NCBI RefSeq assembly: GCF_038025025.1
Contig: NW_027117346.1
Location: 558,001 to 622,000, forward strand
DNA length: 64,000 nt
From: Phyllosticta citribraziliensis
Lineage: Eukaryota
Direction of reading: 5' to 3'
Position numbers and translations under genes: made by a program. How positions within the stretch are numbered: position 1 is the stretch's first letter; each line of letters begins with the position of its first letter. This document shows, piece by piece, positions 36,155 through 50,418 of this stretch. The notes under the pieces were generated by a model. The model worked only from the letters and a program-made list of their open reading frames with translations. It had not been told where the DNA came from and searched no databases.

Positions 36155-36911
36155 GGAGACGCTGGTGAGGCCGGTTTATTTGACAGTGGGCGTTTTCGAA
36201 GACCTCGGGATATGATCGAGGGAATTCCAATTGGAATTTTGTGAAGACTTGGTTGCCGGGCTCGACCGGCAAAGAAGTGGAATGAAGCGAGACCGTGTGA
36301 CACGATTGATGATTTGGCTTTCATCATTCAAGCTCACGAATGATCTCCATGTGCTCTGAGAGCAGTGACGTAATTCTCAATCTGGCTTATACCTAGGTAG
36401 ATACCTTAGACCAACTCCAGGCTTGTGCCAATTTCAGGAGGTCAGGGCTTCAAACATGCAGCATATGCATCTCATTATCCGTCGCAAGCCAACTTTGGAC
36501 GCACAAAATAAAAGTACATTTGAAATTTTTACCGATTTGATTCCGTATGCACATTTCCGCCTACCTCCAGACCGGGGCCAGATCAATTCGAGGGGCGAAC
36601 TAGACCCGAGCCTCTCCATCCATCCATCCATGACGAGCAGCAGTTGGTAGATCCAAACGAGATCAGCCGGGCAGCTGTCGATGTGTAGAACAAAAAGGAA
36701 AAAATCTCATGCGTGCCTCCCGAGCCATCATCCGTCCGCGTGCCCTCACTCACCCACTCCCAACTCAACCCTCTCAAGCCACCAGAAGAATCGCGCCGAC
36801 GAGCTGTAAGAGAAGAAATGTGGGGAAACTGGCTAAGCTGACGGGGGAGAAGGGGGCGCGGCGGTTGGTAGTAGCATTACGAGGGAGGAATTGGGGGGTT
36901 TCCCGCGCCGC

Positions 36912-37922
<1,011 letters not shown>

Positions 37923-38530
37923 TGCGTCTGCAAGTGTGGTGAGAATCCAATGCCAGTAGCCGGGTTCCAGAAGGGAGGAGACGCACGATAAGGGAGGCGC
38001 GCGAAAAGGTTCTGGCAAAGGCCTGGGGAGAGGCTGGGGACGGCGGTTGAAAAGCTGGTGGAGCTGCGCAGCGAAGATGAGGTTCGGGTTGTTTGCGGCC
38101 ACAGCTGCGGGCGGCGGGCGGCGGGCGGCAGGCTTCGGTGGTTCGGCTATGCTTGCGCGCGAGCCGGACAGCCACGCCGACCGCCTTCCGTCTGCCAGCG
38201 GCCCTTCGCCCGATGTCGTGCCCGTTGATTGATTTGTCGGAGATATCTTGGATTCATTGTATCTATCACTTTCCCCTGAGCCCTGTTCACCACCTCCAAA
38301 GCAAGATCGAAGAAAGGAGAAACACGGAAAACAGTTCGGCAACCGCTTGTCCGACTGGTTCTTCTGGTAATGAATTCAACCCCATGCATGCTATGCGCTA
38401 ATCCTCATCATCACCCACCAACGCCTTGTACCAAAGCCAAAAGACCTTCAATCGCCAAATTCTACTCCTCCATTGCAAACGCCTTGCCTCTCTATCCTTT
38501 TCTTATTTACCAACTGATGCTGTGCAAGTC

Positions 38531-40434
38531 TCAGATGTGCATCTTTTTTGACGGCGTGCCAGTCCCCTCGTCAGCTCCACGCTTCCCCAAAACTGGTGTG
38601 CTCCTAGCCTTGCCATAGACTTCCTCGTAGCAGCTGTTGTGGTAGATCTTGGGGCCCACTTGAATTGCGTCCATCCAAACAAATTCATCGTCCAGTCTCG
38701 ACGGCGTGAACTTTTCTTGGCAAATGGGGCATGGTGCGTTGACCAGCTCTGGGTCTAGAGGTACGCGCACGAATCGTTGTTGATTCTTCGGCGCGCTGGC
38801 ATTCATCCCATTTGTCTCCGGAGGCGGCTTCGCTTCGTCTTGTTCTCGGTAATCAATCCACTCCTTCTCTCCAATGTACCAGCTGCGATGAATGGCTTGC
38901 TTCACCAGGTTGGGGTCTCTGACCTTGAAGTGCCAGTCCAGATGCCTGCGCTTCATAACTTTGCCATCGTCCGTGGCTGGGAATCGGCGGCCACACGTAG
39001 AGCACTGGTTAGGTCGGGCCTCATAGAGGAGGCTGATGAGTTCTGGGCGTGGCCTCTTGATGGACTCCTTGGTCAACTCCACATCATTGGTCGCCGAGGT
39101 GCGCCCATAGACAGGAACAGGCACCACAGGAGCGGCCATCGGTGTGCCCGAGCCACCAAGCAGACCCTGAGCGCGAAGCGTGTCGAGAAGTGAAAGAGTA
39201 TTTATTGGGGTCGCCGCTGGAGCGACCGAAGGTGCAGTGGGAATCGGCGGTGGGGGCGGTTGAGCTTGCTGAGGAGTCGCGCTTCGATTGATTCCCCTGA
39301 GCATGTCTGCTAGGGACGGCGGTACTCCAGAATTCATGGTCGGAACAGGCGTAGACGACTGCTGGACGGGAGTAGGAATTTGGGGCATCTGGGGCATTGG
39401 CATTGAAGGTGTAGGAATAGAAAATGGAAGAGGTCTCAGAGGCCCGGGCGTGTTCGCGGAAGGGATTGACGCACTCGCACTCGGCTGGGCGACCGCTGCT
39501 CCCAGTTGTGCAAGTTGCTGCTCGACTAGCTGAAGATGGCTCGGAGGAAGCTGTTGTGAATTGAGTAGGACCTGCAAATCCAGAAACGTCTTGAGCCTCT
39601 TTTGCCTCTCTGCGTCGTACGGGCTATTTGCAAAATCCAACTTCGCGCTCGCAATCAGTCGCTCCACGTCTGCCTTGATTTTCTCCGCAGAAGGCCCAGC
39701 AGGTGTCGGAAAAGGCAATCCCGGAACAGGAGATTGGCGGACACTCTGCGGGGGCATACCGAATGGCAGAGTCATGGAAGGAGCGGGAGAGTCGCGAGCC
39801 TGAGGGGCGGCCGGGGGCGGGGGATATGGCATTCCATTTTGAGCTGGCGACTGCCTTGCCGGATTTCCAGGATTGTATCCATATGGAGACTGAGTTACTC
39901 GCGGATCTTGACCGGGAGCAGGTGACCTTGTCTGATTTTGCTGCGCCTGCATGGCCACGGTTTTGAATTTCAGCAGGACATTGTCAATCTTTCGAGTGAC
40001 TTCAACTGGAATCACAGGTCTTGTGTCCATGGATTCGGGCACGGGCTGCTTCCATGTCCGCAGCAAACCCTCGAGTGCTTTCCTGGTGGGCGTGTCGACC
40101 AGAGTGTAGGCGTTGACAAAGGTGTCGTATAGATTGCTGCCAAGGTAGACGGTATACGGAGTACCGACGTTTTTAACGATTGAATCCAAGACGTAAAGAG
40201 CGGGCAACTTCCACTCGGGCCGGGTCTGAACTGATCAGTCAAGTCGCTGGCATCATGTGAGGAGCCACTTACCGTCTTGATGTGGTTTTCGAGCTCTCTC
40301 GAAATGGCTTGAGCGTGTTCAGTGTTCTCCTTGGCGATGATTGTTAGATTGCTAATCTCCGGCCTGCTGTTGAACTTGAGGTCTTGTAGAGCTTCTCTAA
40401 AGTCGGCCGCGACCTCTGCTGAGGGGAGTGACAT
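38531..40434 (-). CDS. pcf11: mRNA 3'-end processing factor Pcf11
   Basis: Exons 40434-40273 and 40225-38531. CID domain NSRPEISNLTIIAKEN...KLPALYVLDSIVKNVG; zinc-binding CSTCGRRF...HLDWHF and CPICQEKF...YHNSC. Confidence 0.95.
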
Positions 40435-41400
40435 GATGGGCTGATGCGGTGCAGATGTTCAAGGTTAGTGAGTGGTGGATCAGTCGGGTCTAAAGGTGAT
40501 TGAGATAGCTGTTGGCAAGAGTTGTGAAGGTCGATGAAGTTGTTCGCTTCGCTTCAAAGCGAAAGTCATCCAGCGCCAACTGTCCAGCTGTGAATCAGGG
40601 ACAAGGAAATTTTGTAGTCTTCTCGTCTCTCGCTGGCGAAAGGGAGATCAAAAGCAGCACGTGTATCTTCGCTAGCTATTTTCCAAGCAAGCCCACAATG
40701 ACCGCCTTTCGCACGGAAGTGTAATTGAGTGACCTGATCCTGATCCTGCTCTGCACTACGCCAAAACGGTATCCTCCAGCCTGACAGCAGCACCTGAAGC
40801 TCAACGGAAAACCCGTCGCTGAAAGACGAGGCAGCTCCACGCCGCCTGTTCAGATATTGCGCGCCCTCCTCAAAAATAGACGTGGCCGACGGATGGGATG
40901 AGAGTGGCGAAAAAGCAGGTGTCGCGTTGGACGACAGACAGGCAGACAACGCGGTCGCGGCGATGCAGGGTTGAAGCGATGGTGGACGTGGAGAATGGAA
41001 AAGTCGAGATAGTCGAAGAGGCGACAGCGAACACAGTTGCGAGGGGGGGTTGTTGATAAAAAGACGTCGCTGGGTGGAGGTGAGGATGGTTGGTTGGAAT
41101 CTGCTGGGCGAAGTCGTCAGGTCCGTCAGGTCAGGTCGTCGCTCGACGGTCGGCTCGGAAGCCGAGCGGCGGTTTCCTGGCGACAACGGCGCTAGGCCCA
41201 GAACAGCTAGAAGACTTGTGACCTGAGGCAGCCGTCCCTTGTTGGATCAATGTTTGCTGGCTCTGGCTGGCGGTGACCTCATGTTGGGCCATTCCACGAG
41301 CCAGTCCCAGAGAAATAAAGACGCTGCCTTGCCTTCCTCGTGGCCCTTCTCTCGTCCCTCTGACATCGCCATATACTGAATTCTCCAAATCCTCCACAAC

Positions 41401-41868
41401 ATGAAGCTCTACATCCTCTCCCTCGTCCTCGCTCTCTTCGCTGTGTGCGCCATGAGTGTCGCGCCGCCTCAGCGCTCCGTTCTCGTGAGCTACTCCAAAG
41501 ACACTCCAGATAAGGTTCTGGACGAGGCCAAAAAGGCCATTATCGACGCGGTATGATCGTAGATGCAGCTGAATGCTCCTTGTCTCTAATAACAATCGGT
41601 AAAAGGGCGGCTTCATCACCCACGAGTATAGTAAGTACAAGGACCCACCTCACTGTAGCACGCGCTAACATGACTCTTAGAGCTGATCAGGTACGTTCCT
41701 GCGACCATCATCCTACGTCTTCACAATCATCTGAGTGTCCTTAGGGGCTTCGCCGCCAACGCGCCAACAAAGATCCTCGAAAATGTCCAGTCCTGGGGCT
41801 CCGAGTACAACGCACTCATCGAGGAGGACCAGCAAATCCACGCATTCAGTGCCAGGCCCAGGCCGTAG
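41401..41868 (+). CDS. Small secreted peptidase-inhibitor I9 / subtilisin-propeptide-like protein (~100 aa)
   Basis: Exons 41401-41550, 41606-41630, 41681-41690, 41745-41868. Signal peptide MKLYILSLVLALFAVCAM; AKKAIIDAGGFITHEYKLIRGFAA...IEEDQQIH. Missed by the ORF track because it is split. Confidence 0.85.
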
Positions 41869-42601
41869 GCGGTCGCTGGAAACCTTCGCAGGATGTGAAT
41901 CATATCCACTTCTTAGAGTCACTGGAGGACATGACGCTGTTGACGGCTGCATTGCTTTGGCAAACGAAACATTGGCTCGCTGTTGCGGCCCTGGGTTGTA
42001 CGGTTATTGGACGGGAAAGGGATACCATGATTGGGATAGGCGTAGAAACTCACGAATTGACACATGCATTCTCTTTGAAGAATGATGCCCAAAGTGCATC
42101 AGAACGTGGAATGTGAGACAAGGCGCGTATACAGACGCGCGGATCTTGATGTACTGTGGACGGGAACGGGCCGCCCTTGCGGCAAGGAAGTCAAAAGTGT
42201 AAATGCAACGCCTCCAGTCTTGTGCAGCAAGCCATCGCCAAGGCATGAATCGACAGAGACTCGAGCAAATGGGAGCCGTGTCTGCCATTTAAGCATACAT
42301 GTGCTGTGCAGAGCAATCAGATGCTCTGGGCACATCGGCTCGTGCCCAAGACCGGCAAGCGCAGCCTAGCTTTCTCGTGCATGCGGCTTCGCCGGGATGC
42401 GCGCCGTTCGAGGGGTTAGGTCGCGTCAGGGTCCGCGCAGTCCAACGCATGGTTCAACAACAACCTTACTCCATCTCAGAGCTCCCCGCCGCCCAGCCCC
42501 ATTTCCTCCATGGTCCGTCAGCCCTACGACCATGTGTAAGGGCTCGCAACTCTTGAAGAAGCCCTCCGACGCATACCAAACCCGCTAGAATCCCGACCGA
42601 C

Positions 42602-45585
42602 ATGGACACGACCTCGCCGGAACTCGAGACGGCTCTGCTGGCCTGGGTCAACAGGTTCCGTTTGTCCAAGCCGGTAGAGTCGTGGGCCGAACTGAAGGAT
42701 GGCCAGGTCCTTTGGCAAATTCTCCACGAGGTCGACCCAGAGTACTTCAAAGGGGATCTGCCCGAAGCCACTGCCCAAACCTCCGACAGCTGGATCCCGC
42801 GCTGGCAGAACAGTAAGAGGGCATGTCTATTTGCATTCGATTGTCACAGCTGACACGGTACAGTCAAGCATGTCGACAAGGTCACAACCGCGTACCTGAC
42901 TGAGGAATGCGAGCGGCAGGCCGTTGCGCAGCTCCTCAAGACCGATCTCAAGGCAATTGCGATTGATGGCTCAAAAAAGGAGACGACCATGGTGAGATTC
43001 CATTGCGCCCTGCGCTATTCTAACCGACCACTTACAGCCCGCAGCTCGTCAAATCGGTCCTCTTCGCAGCCATATACTCGCCCAAGGCCAGTGATCGCAT
43101 GGTCGAGCTCATGGAGAAGTTCATCAACGAGCTCGGACCCGCCGTCGCATCACCAATCGCCGAAATGATCCAGAACATGGAAAGGGCTACGGATGCCCAC
43201 GCCGAGCCCGAGCTCCCGGAAGTCGAACAACCCGACCCAGAAATCCAGGACCAGATTCAGCGCGACCCTGAACTGGAGCGGGAAGAACGACTCATTCGGG
43301 CAAATCAGGAGATAAAGCAACTCAAGCAGAAGCTTAGCGACACAACAGAGGATCTGGAGGATGCAAGGAAGCGAGTCTACTCACTCGAGGAAGAGATTGC
43401 AGAGTCTAGGTTGCAGCTGGGGCGCAGCTCCATGCGCTTCACAGACGATGAGGAGCTAAGCGAGCTAAGAGCACAGGCGATGAAGGACCGTGACTACATT
43501 GCACAATTGGAGTCGGATCTCATGGAGGCTCGCGACTCGGTCGACAGATATGAGAGCCAGCTTGAGCGTCTGAAGGCCGACGCGGAAACCAAGCTTCAGC
43601 TTCGCGACGAGCTTCAGATGGTCAGGGCAGAGCGAGACGAACTTGCGGGAAAGGCCAAGGCGAATGAGAATCTGCGCAAGAAGATTCAGACCATGCAAGA
43701 AAAGGAAAAGGCGTCTCAAGCTCTTCAAGAGGACTATGCATCGATGAAGGAGCAGCTTGATGAACTGGAAACCCTGAGAGAGCAGTCTTCTGCACTACGC
43801 AAGGCCAACGAGGAGAACATGGTGACCATTGCCAACGGCGAGCAAGAAATCTTCGACCAAAAGACTGCGAAAAAGCGCCTCGAGCACGACCTGAAGATTT
43901 GCACAGGACGCATGGATCAAGCCAAGGAAATGGCCAACCGCTACCAAGAGGCGAACCAGGAGCTTGAGAACAAGCTCCGTGAGCTGGAAGACCGGGCTAC
44001 TGGCGCCGAGGCTCTTGGTTCTCTCGAGGAACAGCTTGCCAAAGAGGATGATGACGGCAGATCGATGATGCGCAGGTCATTCTTTGGTGTCGAGACTGCC
44101 GATGTGATTCTGCTTCAGCAAAAGATCAGCCTGCTCGAATCCAGGTGCAAGAGAATCGAAGAAAAGTATCTGGATGTCTATCAAGAGAACCTTGGCCTTC
44201 AGGCTGCTCTACAAGATGAGAAGGAATTGAAGGAAGCGTAAGTCATAAAGCAACCGGTACTGAATGCTGGCTGACCCATGTAGCGACGAACCGTTCGTCC
44301 ACCAGACCAACAGACTCCACGCTGCCGAAGCCGAACTCAAAGAGTTGACAAACAAGGTCCATGCCGTTTCGACAAAGAACATGGAGCTTCAGCATCAACT
44401 TGCGGAAATCACTGGAACAGGAAAGACAGATGGCGCTGGTGCGGATTACGACACGCTCAAGGAGAACTACGAGCAGATGCTCCAATCTCACGAAGAGCTC
44501 CAAAAACATGCCGAGAAGGTCGACACCGAACTCGACGACCAAAAGGCTTTGCTCCGTCACAAGCTCCTTAACCCCGAAGTGCTTCGCCAGGAGGATGCTG
44601 AGCTTTTCGAGTCCAACGAACACAAGCTTCTGTTGGAACAGCTGAACCTGTTCAAGGAGGCCCCAGAAGAGGAGAGCGATCAGATGAAGCACAGCATCGC
44701 CGCGGAGGTGACCAAGAAGCTGCACAGCGGCATTGCCGACCTGGCAGGTCGTGACAAGGTAAGATGGCTGGCAATATTCAATATATCAATGCTAACCTCC
44801 GAAAGCGTATCGCCGAGCAGGAAACGCAAATCAAGCTCCTCCGACAGAATATTGAAAAGATCAAGCGGGAGACTGGCGACAAGGCATCTGTAAGCTCCTA
44901 TTCGCTGGCCTTTTTTCTTCAATCAAAAGCTCCTCCACTGACAACGCGCAGCCCGAGGTACAAAAGGAGCTGGAAGCGCTGCGGCGCGAGAACAAGCTCA
45001 TGACGAGCGCGTGGTACGACATGGCGAGCCGGCTGCAGAGCAATACGGTCGTGCTACAGCGCACCAAGGCCGAGACTCCCAAGAGCTGGCTGGGGCGCCA
45101 GCGAATGGAAGTGACGCACGGCGGTGGCCGCGGGCTCGGCGCAAATGTAAGATCAGAATCCCCATTTTTCTTGTTTAACTTTTGGCTTTGAGAGATATTG
45201 TTGCCTGTCGTCGTTTTTTACCATTCTTGTCGCTATTACTCGCTGTAAATCTTTCTCTTTCTTTCGTTGTTCATTACTTGCCAACCCCCCATTTTTCCTT
45301 CTTGTCATCCTTTTAGTCTGTGTGAGTTGCGCCTTTCTCACCTCTGTCCTTCGCTCTTTCCCTCCCTATCCCATTTCCTTCTTGTATATGTACATCGCTT
45401 ACTGTAGCGACTTCGCATCTTCTTTTCCTTGTACATGTTTAGACCTTCAGTTTTTTCTCCCTTGCTTCTCGCACGCACATGACTCTCTGTCTGTCTCTGT
45501 CTCTGTCGTCTGTTGACAAGAAGAACAAACCTCGGGGCGCATGCTAATACATATCTCGTTGCCCAACGAATAGATTCGCAGGTAA
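42602..45585 (+). CDS. hookA: Hook-family dynein/early-endosome adaptor (HookA/Hok1); last exon tentative
   Basis: Hook domain ALLAWVNRF...LKDGQVLWQILHEVDPEYF...WIPRWQN, long coiled coil (43045-44237), C-terminal ENKLMTSAWYDMASRLQSNTVVLQR...SWLGRQR. The end is 45585 if intron 45147-45573 is spliced, otherwise 45191. Confidence 0.85.
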
Positions 45586-48500
45586 TTTTGTAACACTGCA
45601 ACATCAACAACAACAACAACGCAGGGAAAGAGCCAGCCACTGCGACTTGACCCGCTCCCGTTTGGTCATAGAATGGAATGGGATTGTGGCATAGCGTGGC
45701 AGGTGGTCAGCCGCCTCGAGTCGTCTACTTACCTAATCAATCACTCTTTTTTTGTTTTCTCTTTTGTCGCTGTTTGGTTGAACATAGAGTTGGTGGTCAC
45801 AACAGACGGATGGGTGGGGCAGATGGTGAGATGGCGTCTTGTAGATAGAGATTGCACCTTTTTTTGAATGGTTGATTGAGATTGAGATTGAGCTTTTCAA
45901 GTTGAATTGACTGTCCTCTTGGTAATGTTGTGCGGTGTGGTGTGTTGGACAGGATGGTGGGTTAGATGAAGCATTGTAGCATCTCCGCACAGAGGTATGA
46001 TACAAGTGAAATTTGTGCATATGCACCTGTCGAGAGGAGAGAAAGGCGGCGGGTAGGAAGCATTCGTCTGCGTGTTCACTCGTCCATTTGTCGCGCCTTG
46101 CTTTCGCCTTATCTCGTAAATAAGGGTTCAACGATTGTGGACTCTCTGCCCTCTCCGAAAAATTTGTTAGCTCAGAGCACAACGACCCGTCAATAGTTGT
46201 AGTGGCGTGAACGCCAAGTCAGTGCCTCCAGCTTGTGAGGGATTGATCTCTTCTTTTTTCTTCCTAGTTTACGCCGTTTTTGAAGAGAAGGGAGAACAAA
46301 ACAAAGTGGTTCCGGACGCGGAGCAAGTAGCGACACCAAACGAGCTTACTTCAAAGTGGTAATAATTCTTGTTTTATTTTTTGCCCAACACCCACATAGC
46401 ATGATCGATCGGATTCATCCTCTCAAAAGCCAACTCGCCAGCGACGGTCAAGCCCACAGAGAAGAACAGACAGCTTGACAACGACAACAACATGCATACA
46501 TGAAAACGACGTCGAGAAGATCATCACAAAACACACCTACCCCATCTCTCCCCCGGCCGAGACGCTCTCCCACGCGACCACCAAGCAAGTAAGTGAGCGC
46601 CAGACGCGTACGCAAGCAAGCAAGTACTCAAGCCACTCACTCAGCCGGCACCGCCCGCCTACAACACGACCTACAAACGTACGTACGCACGGCCAAATCC
46701 TTCGGCGGCAGCATGCGTGCGTAAGAGCGGCGGCGGCGGCGGCGTCATCCAGGGTATGGCCGGCCGAAGAGCACGAAGGAGGAGGAGGGGGAGGAAGGGG
46801 AGGAAGAGCGTGTAAGACGGTATCGGATCGAGGATGTGGAGCGCGCGACGGGAAGGATTGGGGAAGGATGGGGTGGGGTGGGGTGGGGTGGGATGGGATA
46901 GAGAGACCACAGGGTCCTCGAGAGGATGGGAATGGTAGGAAAGGGTTGAGATGAATGCTAAATGATGGACAATTGGTGAGTGAGGAAACTGTGTGTAGTT
47001 TGTGGCCTGGAAAGAAAGCGAGCATGGTTGTGAATGGGAAGGGGGAAACGAAGAGGGAGAAGACGCGAACGAAGATGCAGACAGACCACAGAGCATCGGC
47101 CGAAGACATCAGCGCGCACGGTGGTAGTCCTCGAAACCTCTCAAGAAGAGAAAAAGATCTGGCAATGCAACCCACTCCGGTCCGTTCCGAGTACCTACCT
47201 ACGTATGCGTACGAGAACGAGAAAGATGCGGACAGTGCGGACACCACGCAGATCCAGACCAGACCCATCCAGCCCTATTCGGAGGGAGGGAGGATGGCGG
47301 GATGAGATGCTAGGCGCGCGCACGGCCGCAGAGTGGATGGACGTGTTGGTGGATGATAGCATGGCATGGATGGCGATAGGGCTGTGCTGAGTGGGAACAA
47401 ACAGCGCACGCACGGTGCGCTGTTGACGGGAGCATGTGAAAGAAGACTTGCGATTTTCTGAAGGGGGAAGCCGGCGGATTCGATCGACCTGGGAGGCAAG
47501 CAAGACGGTAGTCTTCTGGGATTAGCAATGCTAGAAACTTCAGCATATATGTCGACCAAATAAGTATAGGAAGTCTTACCGATGTGAGTCGGTGCATTCA
47601 AAGCGCATGACAGTCCCAACGCGACGTTCGCCGCATTCAGACAGCACCGCGATGGATACAATCGACAGGCCGGAGAGCCGAAGACCTGTCCGTTCGGATG
47701 TCTTGTCAGGCAATGTTTCGCCATGCAAATGTTTTGGTGGCGAAGCAGCAAAACATAACCAGCTTGGAGGGCAAGAGTTTGGTACGTGGCTTGGGTGGTG
47801 CGGTGGAAGAAAGTCGGCCAAGGGGGTGTCGGTCACGCCAGCAGGCAGGAAAGCAGACGCTCAAGTGCCAGACGGGCAGTGAAGTGCAGACAGCGCCTCA
47901 TTTGTGGCTTTGTGGCGGGTGGCGTTTTAGCGGGGGCAAGTGAGACAGGTACAATATGTGCTTGCAGGATGGAACCATGGGTTTGCGTGCGAGACGGAGG
48001 GCAACAAGAACATTGAGGTGGTTTGGTTTGCGGCCCAGGCAATACCGAGGTAGACTTTGTTGCAAGATTCGGAAAAAGAGACGGACGGAAAAGCTCAGCT
48101 CGGGCCAATGGAACGCACACGGGTCGTCTTGAAGCCATCACATTCTCAAGTGAAAATGTCTTATTCTGTACTTTTCAATTTTTCCCTGTTCTGGCCTATC
48201 TACCTACATCCGGGATATCGTGGGATAAACTCCGTGGCCCAAGAGCGGCGAGAGCCGTAGAAAGACTCGAATCATGGTAGAAAATGAGGAGTCTGGAACG
48301 GTTGCAACACTGACGAAAGAAAGAGACTGGGAGAGCGACTCGCAGACTTGACTTACTGCACCGGATTGACCGCTGCGCGAGGTGTGGAAGTCGAGCACCG
48401 GTTGGGTCCGCCCAAGTACAGAGGAAGCCACCGCATTGCCCAACGAGCATGACTTTCATGGAAGCGAGTTGTCCGAGGAAAATTTGGAATTGTTTCGCGA

Positions 48501-48643
48501 GAATCTGAATGCCGTTGTTGCAAGCAAGCTCCTCTGGAAAGCCAAAAGCCAGATGCAGGTGTCCGAGACCGTGATCATGATTGATCGTCCATCATTATGT
48601 AAAGACAAAATGGAAAACTCCGACGCCTGTGGCCGTGGTCCGC

Positions 48644-50125
48644 TTACTGGTTGTCGTCTTCCTCGGGCTGGTCAAAGAGGAAATTTGCGGCGAGCTCTTC
48701 GTTCTTGTCGCAGGCAAAGTATGCCTGGACGACGAGATCGCGCTCGAAACCAAGACGGCACAACTGTCACGGTTAGCTGAAGCCGTGTTGACTCATGTCG
48801 CGACAGACTTACCCTGTCAATGGCCTCGCTCTCCTCCTCGGTGATGCTGACAACCTGCGCGCCAGGCGGCAGAGGAGTGTCGTCATCGTGGTCCTCGCTC
48901 AACAGGCTAAGAAATTGTTCCGGGTGCGAGGCAATCATCTGAGCGAGCTGAGGGTTGCCTTGGCCAACCTGCTGCAAGATGGGCTCCAGCATCTGGGGCT
49001 GTTGCTGGACAAGCTGACGGAGCTGCTGGAATTGCGGGTTGTTGCGGAGGAAATCGAGATCACCAACGGCAGCTCCGGCCCCAGCTCCAGCTCCACCAGT
49101 GGCCCCACCAGCTCCAGCTCCGCCTTGACCCTGGCCTGCGGTGGCCTCGAAGAGGTTGACGGGATCGCCAGCCGTGTTGGTCGCTTGAGGCTGCTGTTGC
49201 TGCTGTTGTGGGGTGCCGGCCGCAGCGGCGGGAGCAGGAGATGCACCTTGGCCGCCTTGCGTAGACTCGCGCAGAGCGCTCTCGGGGATACCCTGCAAGC
49301 CGTTAGAAAGGCGTTCATTGCCATTGATGTGATGTACGAACAGTCAAGAGGTATTCGACAGCGCGGTCGGGGTTGAAGTATGCTGCCCTCATGGCGCGGT
49401 CAATGTCTGCGCGCGGGAAACCCATGCTCTCCATGTTTGCAATCGCGGCTTCTCTCTCAGGGCCCATGGTCAGAGACGAAGGGTTGTTGAATTGACCGGG
49501 CTGGTCGCCCGAGGTCTGCGGGGCAGCTGGAGCAGGAGATGGCGTCGCAGGCGCATTGGCGGCAGTGGACGCGGACGAGGGCGCAGGTGCGGCAGGGGTA
49601 GAGGACTGAGCAGGCTCTTTGGCAGGAGTAGAGGGAGCGGCCTTGGCCGAGGATGAGGCAGGCTGCGGCTTTGGCTGCGAAAGGTAAGCGACTGCAAAAT
49701 GGAACGCCAGTGTCTTGTTCAGGTACCTTTTGAACCATGCATACTATGAAGCCCTTCTCTTCGATGCTGTACGATTCGACGGTCTTGTCATCCTGGAGAA
49801 TCTTGCCTGCAAACAAAGTCAGCAGATGGGCCTTGACGGGGGCAGAGGGCGCGAGAGATACCAGAGTAGATGAGCTTTTGCTTGTCGGCTTCCCAGCCCT
49901 TTTCGGCGGCGATCTTGGCCTTGACGTTGGCGATCTGAATGGTGATGTCAAAATCAGCGGCGGTCTAACGAGGCGCGAGGAGGATGGAGGGCGAGATGAC
50001 GTACCGTCTCGGAGGGCTCTGCCTCGATGACGAACTTTTGCTGCTTGAGGTCCTAGACGCAAAGTCAGCGAGCGGGGTGGGGGGCGGGCGGGAGTGCGGC
50101 GGCGGACCTTGAAAGTGAGCTTCAT
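48644..50125 (-). CDS. rad23: UV excision repair / ubiquitin shuttle Rad23 (multi-exon)
   Basis: UBL MKLTFK|DLKQQKF...KLIYS|GKILQDD; UBA1 [32 protein letters not shown]-binding [17 protein letters not shown]2 [31 protein letters not shown]. Confidence 0.95.
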
Positions 50126-50388
50126 GTTGGCGAAGAGCGGCGGGGTCGTGAGCGGGAGAGGATGAGGATGAGGAGTGGGTGTTCAGGCGAGCGGGGGAGG
50201 GTGGCTGCCTTTGGTTGGGCGAGGTCGTGATGGCGAGCGGAGGTGGGTGATGGAGGAGAGGTGTTGAGGTAGCAAGCACGATGGACGTCAGGTAATAAGG
50301 TAAGGCTTGGTGAACGGGTGGGTGGGTGGTGGCGGCCAGCGTTAACGCCGACTGGCACCCGTACAGGTCGACATGGTCAAAACTTCAA

Positions 50389-50418
50389 GGCCACGGCCAC
50401 GGCCACGGCCACGGCCAC
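50389..50418. repeat. (GGCCAC)5 tandem repeat in the divergent intergenic region upstream of rad23
   Basis: Five exact copies read directly. Confidence 0.9.

Noticed and set aside
37923..38342. 140-codon in-frame upstream extension of Adk1
   Set aside because: No ATG before the in-frame stop at 38378-38376 and no well-placed near-cognate start; the region is probably promoter/UTR between pcf11 and adk1.
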